DNA of 64,000 nt from Tetramitus jugosus (taxonomy: Eukaryota > Protista > Heterolobosea), in assembly GCA_937625935.1 (NCBI GenBank), contig OW569388.1, forward strand, positions 62,001-126,000, in the 5' to 3' direction. The notes beneath the pieces are model-generated. The model saw only the letters and a list, made by a program, of their open reading frames with translations. It searched no databases and was not told the DNA's origin. This document shows positions 22,301 through 31,000 of the stretch, one piece after another (position 1 is the stretch's first letter; each line of letters begins with the position of its first letter). The translations under genes and the position numbers were made by a program.

Positions 22301-25300
22301 ATTGTTTCAAATGGAGACTTGTTGAATCTGATCGTACCAGATGGCCAATTTACTGATCCAGATGGACAAACTTTAACAAGAACGGCCAAATTATCTAGTG
22401 GAGCTGCTCTACCTTCTTGGTTGTCATTCATTGGCACAACTTCCAAGAGGTTCTCGGGAACTCCTTCAGAGACCGATGCAGGAACGATAATAGTCAGAAT
22501 TACTTGTAATGATGGTTACACAACTGTGTATGATGACTTCACGGTCAAGGTCAATAGAAAACCGGTTGTATCTGTCCCGATCACTGGTCAATATGTGAAT
22601 CTAGGTTCTTCCTACTCATATAGGTTTCCAGATGGGACTTTTACAGATGCAGACGGAGATAGTTTAACTTACACGGTGACGAAGGTCGATGGCTCGATGT
22701 TACCCTCGTGGCTTTCCTATTCTTCAAAAACCTTTTCTGGAACTCCCTCCACCACTGATTATGGAACGATACCGATTCGCATTGCATGTAGCGATGGCAT
22801 GTCGACCGTGACTCATGACTTTAACTTGAGGGTAAATCGGATCCCTATTGTTCAAAGAACCATTCCCAACGATCACGCAAACACCTTCTACTCATATTCT
22901 TATCTGGTGCCCTCGAACATCTTTTCAGATCCTGACGGTGATACTCTCGTTCTATCAGCCACTCAATCTCCGAATACTCCCCTCCCGAGTTGGTTATCTT
23001 TTAATACGACAACGAGAGAGCTATCAGGACTACCAGTTCCTGAAGACGCAGGTTTGAAAACGATTAGGATTACAGCAACCGATGGAATGGGTTCAATTTT
23101 TACAGAGTTTGTCATCGATGTAAATAGATCCCCAATGTATGTGAACACTATTCCAAGTCAATGGATTATTTGGGGAGACAGTTGGCATTTTGACATGGCC
23201 TCAAACACATTCTTAGACCCTGACGGAGATAAGATGACCTACAGAGCCACCCTCTCTGATGGTAATACTCTGCCTGGTTGGATATCATTTAATCCAATTA
23301 CGTTGGTATTCAGTGGTCCAAACCCACCTGGACCTGGAAACACTTTTATCAAGGTTACTGCTGATGATTCGAAGTCCACAGGAACAGCTGTGTTTCGACT
23401 CGCAGTTGACAGGTATCCGAAAGTGAATATGACGATTCCAAATCAAATCGTTTCTATTGACCGAAGTCCCCTAAACTACAAGATTCCATCAGATACATTT
23501 TACAGTTTGGATTTACATACATTGTATTTGTCTGCAGCAATATCTCCCTCAACAGGTTTGCCATCATGGTTATCATTTGACACGGTCAACAATGTTGTTT
23601 CTGGCTCACCACCATGGAGTGCAGCTGGAACAATTACTCTTCGAGTTACGGCCACTGATACTTTCTTGAGCAATTTTACCGAATTTGACATCCTCATCAA
23701 CAGACCTCCAATTGTAAAGAGCCCAATTTCGTCAAAAGTTATCACGATTGGTAATAGCATATCTATTGGGGTTTTGACTTCTGATCTCTTTGATGATCAA
23801 GACCTCGATAGCCTATTCACTTCGATAAAGCTCAACACGGGAGCTTCCCTTCCTTCGTGGTTGACATACAGCAGCGATCCAATCGGATTATTATCGGGAT
23901 CTCCAGGAATAGGTGACTATGGCACAATGATTGTTCGGATAACTACCTCAGACAAGAAAACAACAACAAATCTGGACTTTTCGCTGCTTGTTAACAGAAG
24001 ACCTCGCTTGACAGTTCCTATTCCACTTCAGAGGCCAACGATATCTCTTCCTTACACCTACACATTCCCCATGAATACGTTTGTTGATGATGATGGCGAT
24101 GAGTTGAGTTTCTTTGTTTCAGCACTACCTGCTTGGCTGAGTTTTAACGCCATGACCAGAACTTTCTCAGGGACGCCACAGTCTTCAGACTTACAAAATT
24201 TCACTGTGCTACTCTCTGCCCTAGATTTGGATTCTAATGTCACTACATCTGTCGGTTTTCGTGTTAACCGAATGCCTGTTGAACAAAAGTCAATCTCCTC
24301 TATGTTCGTCACTATTCCCAATTTTTACTCGTTCTTGGTACCAGAGAGCACTTTCCTTGATAAGGATGGAGACCTTCTCACTATAACTGCAACTGTTTCA
24401 TCTGGGTCCAACCTCCCTGATTGGTTAGTGTTCAACGGGACTCACTTTTTTGGAACGGCATCACTGGATTCAAATGCTGGAATCTTGACCATTCGACTCA
24501 CTGCTAGTGATGGAGTTTCCACGGGAGTATCCGATTTTACATTGGTTGTGAACAGGAGACCGCGTCTTGTTACATATGTTGCTAATACATATATGAACTC
24601 AGGAGCTTTGTTTTCATATCAAGTATCAGCCAGTACATTTGTAGATGATGACGAAAACGAACTCAAGTATGGCTCAAGGTTAGCTAATGGTTCTTCTCTA
24701 CCTTCCTGGTTATCGTTTGATCCAACAACCTTGATTTATCGTGCTAGCCCCATAGATAGCTATGCCGGTTTGTACAACATATCCCTCACTGCCAACGATT
24801 CGATGTCCACAACAACCACATATTTTTTAGTGAGGGTAAATAGATATCCCGTTGTAGAGAAGATGATTCCACAGCAAGTGGTGACAGTAGAAGTGGATCC
24901 ACTCTCGTTTATAATTCCACTTGAGACATTTTCAGATCCTGATGGAGATGGATTGTTTATATCTGCATTAACCAAACCTTCAACCCCATTACCAGCATGG
25001 TTATCATTCAACAGTTCGACAAACACATTCTCAGGTTCTCCGACAATGGTTTTTGCTGGAATAGTAACAATAAGGGTCACGTGTACAGATTCAATGGCGA
25101 GCGTCTTCACAGATTTCAATATATTGGTTAACCGACGCCCTTCCACAGACAAATCCGTACCGAATACTGTTGTAACAGTAGATCATGAATTCTTGTATTC
25201 AGTTCCGAACAACACATTTAGCGACGCTGATTCAAATATTTTGACATATAGCTCTACCCTGACAAATGGGTCCTCGTTACCCCCTTGGCTCTCTTTTTCC

Positions 25301-27829
25301 CCCGCCAATATGAGTTACTTTGGAGCACCTAAATATTCTGATGCGGGTAGATTGATGGTAAAATTGATTGCCAATGATAGTCACTCGATTAGCTATACTT
25401 CATTTGAGATATACATCAACAGAAGACCGATTGTTCTAAACTCTATTGCAAATGCTTTTGTCACCATCGGATATTCTCTCTTGTATGCAGTCTCATCGAA
25501 CACATTTTGGTCGCCGGATGGAAACTCTCTGACCTACTCTACAACTCTCTCTAATGGATCTTCCATACCAAATTGGATTGGATTTACAGAAAGTACAGTT
25601 ACCTACAGTGGTGTTCCTATCTTGGCTAATGTAGCTAATCATACTGTTCGGTTGATAGCGTTTGATGGCTATTCGAGTAACTATTGTGATTTCAATCTGA
25701 CAGTGAACCGAGCTCCTCAAGTTTCTAATTCTATTCAAAATCAAATTGTGAATGCAGCAGAATTTATGAATTTTCAAATTCCATTCAATACATTCTGGGA
25801 TCCTGATGGAAATATTCTCAGTTTGACAGCTACTTTGAGTCCTTCCGGGACTTTGCCTTCATGGATGAATTTCCTTCCTTCCAATAACACCTTGAATGGA
25901 ACTCCAAGTACTTCTAACTTTGGTTCGATTTTACTGAAGATAACAGCCTCAGATAGTATGGCAAGCGTTGCCACGTATGTGAGTATCTTGGTGAACAGAA
26001 AGCCCACCCAAAACTATCCAATTTATAATCAGGTTGTGACGATTGGCTATACATTCTCCTTGCTTATTCCTTCGGGAATGTACTCAGACGAAGATGGAGA
26101 TTCCATTGTTGTCACAGCTGCTCAGAAAGATGGTTCGGTGCTGCCTTCTTGGTTGAAATTTTATCAAAGCAATCTATTTTTTACTGGCACTCCTTCCCAA
26201 AACGATTATGGCATAATACTAGTAAGATTAAGTGCTTCTGATGGAAAGGGTACAACTCACACTGACTTCCAACTCTATGTTAACCGAGCACCTGATGTGT
26301 ACAAACCTATCCCGACCCAAACTGTAACAATAGGCAGTGTCTTCCTGTACAGAATGGACAACAAAACATTTAATGATGCTGACTCGGATGAGTTGACTTA
26401 TTCGGCGACAACCAACTCAGGTGCACCTCTTCCCTCGTGGCTTTTTTTTGACAAAGCAACAGTCACTTTCCACGGTACCCCCGAAGCAACAGATTACGGA
26501 GAGCTAGTAGTTCGAGTTATTGCTCATGATGGTTTCTCTACAGCTCAAGCCACATTTTCTCTCTATGTGAACCGCAGGCCTGTCGTATCAAATCCACTTA
26601 CTGATTCTTATGCAAACATTGGTTCCCCCTACTTCTTTTCTATACCATCAAACACATTTAGTGATGAGGATAACCAGCAACTCATGTTAAGTGCAAAGCA
26701 AGCAGACGGAAGTCTTTTACCTCCCTGGCTGTCTTTTAATCCTGCTTCTAATTCATTACTAGGATTCCCCTCAGCCTCGAATGCGGGTGTGCTATCTCTT
26801 CAAATCCTATGTACTGACGGGTTGGCTGCTGTGTCAACCACACTTTTCATCCGAGTTAACAGAGTTCCTACCATCATGAATTCTATCCCGGCTCAATGGG
26901 TCAATGTGGGACAACCTCTTCACTTTGAACTACCATCTCTGACTTTTGCAGATGCAGATAATGACACTCTCTTCTATTCTGCAACCTTGAGTGACGGATC
27001 ATTACTTCCTTCATGGATGACCTTTTCGAGTGATCACTTTTATGGAGCACCATCTCAGTCAGATGCTCGTCTATTGACAATTCGCGTTACTGCATCTGAT
27101 TCCATGGCAACTGTTTCTCTGGATTTTATTCTGTTGGTGAATAGGCGACCTGTTGTCGCGAAGCCTATCGGTTTGCAATATGTTTCAGTGGGGGATACAT
27201 GGCATTTTGTCATTCCCAATGATACGGTCATAGATCCGGAGGGTCATAGTATTTCTTATTCTGCAGATGTAGTTGGCGATCTAGTTTTACCGGAATGGAT
27301 TATTTTTGATGCGGTGACAAGAACTTTTGTTGGTCGTCCCTCTGAAGGAAGCTTCGGTACCATAAGCATACGGTTAGGAGCAAGTGATTCAATGGATGTG
27401 GAATACACATCCTTCCTTCTTCTGGTCAATAGGAAACCAGTTGTGCAAAATCCGATTCAAGACAAAATTATCGTTGCAGGGAATGTGTTTCTGTTCACAG
27501 TCCCTGACAACACTTTTCTCGAGATGGACAAGGATCAAACTCTCTCATATTCTTCAAAGCTAGCCAATGGCTCTGCATTACCCCTATGGTTGTCCTTTGA
27601 TGCCGTATCCAAATCATTCTCAGGGACTCCCAGTGTAAGTGATGGAGGCTTATGGGAAGTTCGAGTGGTAGCTGAAGATAATTATAGCAACCAATCGTGC
27701 AAGTTTAACCTATTTGTCCACAGGAAACCAGTTGTTGTTCATGAAATTGCAACAAAGAACGCCATTACAGATCAACTCTTCCAGTATCAATTCCCATCAG
27801 ACACATTCAATGACCCAGATTGTCCCTAA
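19334..27829 (+). CDS. Giant secreted protein (chain A): signal peptide, LamG, 2 CADG/He_PIG domains, LamG, 22 CADG domains, then the N-terminal part of one more CADG ending DPDCP
   Basis: Signal FKLLLLLLCLSL...VVNA. Two concanavalin/LamG domains (TTEMWIKP, WTHIA, GEIDEIRF; SIEVWI, WCHVA, GLLDDIRIW). 24 repeats of about 97 aa with NRxP...F-x-D-x-D...LPSWLSF...SGTP. No TM or GPI-like tail. Confidence 0.88.
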   Translation: MMMMIAHKHSGVYTMFKLLLLLLCLSLFNDGHKKGISMVVNAQWSKPVFLNTLSFTASSSQVLTISGGSSIYDTRYQYTTEMWIKPSSASLSSSVILSLKDGTSVLSLSSSKVVCSDPYNPTAWKVTSSVTISANTWTHIACTRSFTNVLTLYVNGISVGSYSSLTERVNAGVDIVIGCLASGSTYSNCYAGEIDEIRFFSKVRTQSEISSRKDSTIPDTESGLICYLKLDEPTGQTLVDSQTLTSSIPGYLGRTLSVESYDPVRTNKNPILQSTMSSYVWSVPDDGSPISFFLQIPELSPVRFSDPDGDTLYYSCIQSDGTALPGFLDYSDGGSSQTLMGMATNLDAGTYNLTIQCSDKIGVTLGWFQLTVNRVPRVVVPIPDQTAYVGSIFSFIVPAGTFVDSDLGQVLTFQAYETSKSVLPSWLSFNPSTRTFSGAPKSDDGGEWSIDVRATDNYSAWISNTFTLKVVCPNYYTRCAFYWTHDFVSSNNQVDIITNGLNLLSGRTEWSIEVWIHARRFSSSIIGKDSVGSPILALDSSGKLVFTTASGFGFTSSASLSLNTWCHVAFSKSSSSWAFYIDGVQSGAGSSSVSFGNISGNLLLGATGTSPYSSFFDGLLDDIRIWSVGRTSTDISTNRLLELKGSELNLISYWKLNDGVGVQSIANSKSGGPIGYRGRTTSSESSDPNTRKYNYLPTTTTLFTDDSVTITIGTYSRTYNTFVDKDFDDFVITLIQQSGASAPGWLSLNSGARTITGTPGASDYGVVYQRLRANDGTENADIDWKTTVNRKPTVTSIGNMVVNVDQQWSFTIPITTFVDPDNDVLTYSTSSLPGYLSFDAASRTFSCTPTSSYVGTSTITVTVTDGYLSSSVSTSFQLTVNMVPVFNSIANQVCTTGISKSFTLPSSSFTNPDTTGTLSFSATMQDLSSLPSWITFNPSTRIFNFNAATTNYGNYVIRVNCTDGYGWVYGDFTLVVNRPPLLTNPVSDVIVSNGDLLNLIVPDGQFTDPDGQTLTRTAKLSSGAALPSWLSFIGTTSKRFSGTPSETDAGTIIVRITCNDGYTTVYDDFTVKVNRKPVVSVPITGQYVNLGSSYSYRFPDGTFTDADGDSLTYTVTKVDGSMLPSWLSYSSKTFSGTPSTTDYGTIPIRIACSDGMSTVTHDFNLRVNRIPIVQRTIPNDHANTFYSYSYLVPSNIFSDPDGDTLVLSATQSPNTPLPSWLSFNTTTRELSGLPVPEDAGLKTIRITATDGMGSIFTEFVIDVNRSPMYVNTIPSQWIIWGDSWHFDMASNTFLDPDGDKMTYRATLSDGNTLPGWISFNPITLVFSGPNPPGPGNTFIKVTADDSKSTGTAVFRLAVDRYPKVNMTIPNQIVSIDRSPLNYKIPSDTFYSLDLHTLYLSAAISPSTGLPSWLSFDTVNNVVSGSPPWSAAGTITLRVTATDTFLSNFTEFDILINRPPIVKSPISSKVITIGNSISIGVLTSDLFDDQDLDSLFTSIKLNTGASLPSWLTYSSDPIGLLSGSPGIGDYGTMIVRITTSDKKTTTNLDFSLLVNRRPRLTVPIPLQRPTISLPYTYTFPMNTFVDDDGDELSFFVSALPAWLSFNAMTRTFSGTPQSSDLQNFTVLLSALDLDSNVTTSVGFRVNRMPVEQKSISSMFVTIPNFYSFLVPESTFLDKDGDLLTITATVSSGSNLPDWLVFNGTHFFGTASLDSNAGILTIRLTASDGVSTGVSDFTLVVNRRPRLVTYVANTYMNSGALFSYQVSASTFVDDDENELKYGSRLANGSSLPSWLSFDPTTLIYRASPIDSYAGLYNISLTANDSMSTTTTYFLVRVNRYPVVEKMIPQQVVTVEVDPLSFIIPLETFSDPDGDGLFISALTKPSTPLPAWLSFNSSTNTFSGSPTMVFAGIVTIRVTCTDSMASVFTDFNILVNRRPSTDKSVPNTVVTVDHEFLYSVPNNTFSDADSNILTYSSTLTNGSSLPPWLSFSPANMSYFGAPKYSDAGRLMVKLIANDSHSISYTSFEIYINRRPIVLNSIANAFVTIGYSLLYAVSSNTFWSPDGNSLTYSTTLSNGSSIPNWIGFTESTVTYSGVPILANVANHTVRLIAFDGYSSNYCDFNLTVNRAPQVSNSIQNQIVNAAEFMNFQIPFNTFWDPDGNILSLTATLSPSGTLPSWMNFLPSNNTLNGTPSTSNFGSILLKITASDSMASVATYVSILVNRKPTQNYPIYNQVVTIGYTFSLLIPSGMYSDEDGDSIVVTAAQKDGSVLPSWLKFYQSNLFFTGTPSQNDYGIILVRLSASDGKGTTHTDFQLYVNRAPDVYKPIPTQTVTIGSVFLYRMDNKTFNDADSDELTYSATTNSGAPLPSWLFFDKATVTFHGTPEATDYGELVVRVIAHDGFSTAQATFSLYVNRRPVVSNPLTDSYANIGSPYFFSIPSNTFSDEDNQQLMLSAKQADGSLLPPWLSFNPASNSLLGFPSASNAGVLSLQILCTDGLAAVSTTLFIRVNRVPTIMNSIPAQWVNVGQPLHFELPSLTFADADNDTLFYSATLSDGSLLPSWMTFSSDHFYGAPSQSDARLLTIRVTASDSMATVSLDFILLVNRRPVVAKPIGLQYVSVGDTWHFVIPNDTVIDPEGHSISYSADVVGDLVLPEWIIFDAVTRTFVGRPSEGSFGTISIRLGASDSMDVEYTSFLLLVNRKPVVQNPIQDKIIVAGNVFLFTVPDNTFLEMDKDQTLSYSSKLANGSALPLWLSFDAVSKSFSGTPSVSDGGLWEVRVVAEDNYSNQSCKFNLFVHRKPVVVHEIATKNAITDQLFQYQFPSDTFNDPDCP

Positions 27830-28095
27830 CTTTCATTCAAAGAACGATTAAACAACTCTCTTTGGTTACTGAGGATTTGGTTGACTATTTGCTTTTTGTA
27901 TCACCATTGTCGTTTTCCACTGCCCTCAGTCAACAGACCATTTGGTCTCTTGGGGTAAAAGGGATCATAAAATGTGCGGACGAAGCGCATTTCTCCTTTT
28001 GGAGAACTCCAACAAAACATTTACAGTATGATATCGGGTCATTTGAAGAGCTCTTCGTAGTCATGCACACAGTACAAGAGCACCAACAAACAATA

Positions 28096-31000
28096 ATGGG
28101 AAGGTCATTCATTCATATCAATGAGAACTCTCACAAGCTTCCTATTCAATTATCTATCATAAAGATATCATTGATATGGCTTCTTGTAACAACAATTGTC
28201 CATTTCACAAATCTTGGCGCTCAGGTGGTAGCAGATAATAGCACTGTTCCATTAGATGCTTGCTTTCCATTAATCTACAGCGCAAGTCTAGCAGATGGAA
28301 GACACTTGCCAGCTTGGTTGTCTTTCTCTTCGAGTGATCGAACTTTCTCGGGTGTGCCTTCTTCGAGCGACATAGGGCAACTCATGGTGAGAATTACTGC
28401 ACAGGATACTCATGGTGCATCTTCGATTACCGATTTTTTTTTAAACGTAGCTGCTCCTGGACAGTCGAATGAAATTACAGACAAGGTTGTCACCATTCCT
28501 TCAACTATCGAATTGACCATCTATGCCCAGTCGTTCCCTGACTTGGACAATCAGACGGTGGTGATGAATTCTTCTTTGGCGGACAGCAGCCCGCTTCCTC
28601 CATGGTTATCATTCTTTCCTACCAACAATACCTTTCTGGGAGCTCCCTCAGTTTCAGATGCAGGGGAGTACTTGGTCAGAGTCAGAGCTCAGGATCAGAA
28701 CAATGGCGTCCAGTTGGCTGATTTTAAGATTCTAGTTAATCGCCGACCAGTGGTGCTGACACCGTTAGGAAATCACATGGTAACTGCGAATCAGCGATTC
28801 CAATACACAATTCAAGTTCCAACGTTCTTCCAAGATCCAGATGATAATTCATTGATGTTATATGTTTCAAGGACAGATGGCACACCATTACCTAGTTGGC
28901 TTTCTTTTTCATCCAATACATTTTCGGGCACCCCTCTTCTAAGTGATAGTGGATACTTGCAAATAGTTGTTCGGGCATCGGATGGGTACGTATCAGTCGA
29001 GAGCATTTTCTCCATATTTGTGAATCAACCACCCTACATCATGAACAGAATTCCAGATAGGTTGATTAATGCAGGTACTACGGTTCAATTTGTGATACCA
29101 TCAAACTCTTTCTCTGATAATGATAGCCCGAGTCTCGAGCTCCATACTCAAATGAACAATGGAGATGTTCTTCCGAACTGGTTGACATTCTTTGGAAATA
29201 ATCAAACCTTTGTTGCCCAACCTCCCAACAATATTCACGGCCCTTTTCTGGTGGAGGTATCAGCAATAGATTCGTTTGGGGCATCAACATCAAGCTCATT
29301 TGTTTTAACTGTGAATAGACCTCCAGTGCTCAACATGTCAATTCCGGTTCTCTCGGTAACTATTGGAGGGGTTGTGACGTACAAAATACCATCTAACACA
29401 TTCTATGATCCAGATGGAAGTTCACTAACAATATCCATTGTTCAACAAGATGGAAGTCCTCTTCCATCATGGTTAACATTTAATCCTATTTCGAACTCCT
29501 TTTTTGGATTTCCTGATACACTGGATGCTGGTGAATGGCATTTAAATGTGAGTGCCACTGATGGGGCAGCATATGTGTCCACTGATTTGAGTTTGATTGT
29601 CAATAGGAAGCCTCAGATTAACAATTTGATTCCTCCTCAGCACGTGACAATCGGATCTACATTTGTATATCAAATTGATGATTCAATATTTGTGGACCCT
29701 GATAACAACACATTAACTCTGACGGCTTCAAAAGCAAATTTATCCCCACTACCATTGTGGCTTTTGTTTTTCAATTCCAACAACACCTTTTTTGGTGTTC
29801 CTGGAGTGAGTGATTATGGTGCAGTCATGATTCGGGTCACGGCATCTGATAACTTCTCGTCAATTTATGTAGACTTTCAACTTCGTGTCAATAGAGCTCC
29901 TTTACTTGTGAACCCAGTCGCAGATCAAGTAGTCAATGTCCAGCATTCGCTTCTGTATACTGTCCCTTTCAATACTTTTTTCGATTCGGATAATGATGTG
30001 CTATTTTATTCAGCCAGTTTGACAAATGGATCAAATCTTCCTTCTTGGCTTCAATTCAATCCTAGCACTCGCAGGTTTACTGGTTTTCCATTGACTGAAG
30101 ATGTTGGGAATTACAACCTGTTACTTACTGCTGATGATGGAATGTCTCAAGTAACATCATCATTTAACATTCAGGTTAACCAAGGACCAGTCGTCATAAA
30201 TTATCCAGGAGCTCAGATTGTAGTTGTGGGAACAAGAAAAGAGTTTAATGTACATGATGTTTTTCTTTCATTGGATGGCTATTCATTGGATCTAACGGCT
30301 GGATTAAACACGGGAGATATTTTACCGATCTGGATTAGCTTTGATAGTTCCAAATCAAAGTTTATATTCACACCGACTGTAGTGTCAAATCCAATAGTAA
30401 TCAAGTTGAGGGCTGCTGATCCATACTCTAGCTTGAGTGTGCTATTTTCTGTGATCAGTCAATGTCCGATAGGGTACAGAGGAGAAGCTTGCCAAACCTT
30501 CGATTGTTATTCTATCTTATCCACCAATTCAACAGTGTGTAGTTCTCGTGGTAATTGCACTGCTCCAGATACTTGTACTTGTTCAACGGGATATGCTGGA
30601 AGCAACTGTGATCGGACGGGATGTTTTGGAGTGCCATGGAATGTTCGTGGTGTTTGTTCTGGTCATGGAACATGCACAGGACCCAATCAATGTGTATGCA
30701 AAAACGGATGGTTAAATTATGATTGTTCTCTCACAAAGTGCAATGGAGTTCTGAACACAAATTCATCTGTTTGTTCTGGTGTTGGTGCTTGCATTGCTCC
30801 GAATTATTGTGACTGTCCTTTGGGTTACTCAGGCTCTAAATGTCAAGATTACTCGTGTTTTGAAGTTAGTACTCATCTTTCTTATGTGTGCGCAGGCAAT
30901 GGTCAATGTGATTCCCCTGATGTATGTGTTTGTAAACCAGGGTATTATGGACTTGATTGTTCATTTTTTGATTGCTTTGGCGTATCTCAAGACAACTCAA

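Noticed and set aside
27820-28062. TTG-initiated N-terminal extension of the 3402-aa ORF as the real start
   Set aside because: Non-ATG start in a eukaryote that overlaps the upstream stop. The ATG at 28063 or 28096 before the signal-like segment is more plausible. The open frame is kept only as an alternative hypothesis.
20100-30460. Regularly spaced repeats as a CRISPR array or mobile element
   Set aside because: The periodicity is protein-level (about 97-aa Ig-like domains) with diverged DNA. There are no identical direct repeats, spacers, terminal repeats or transposase.
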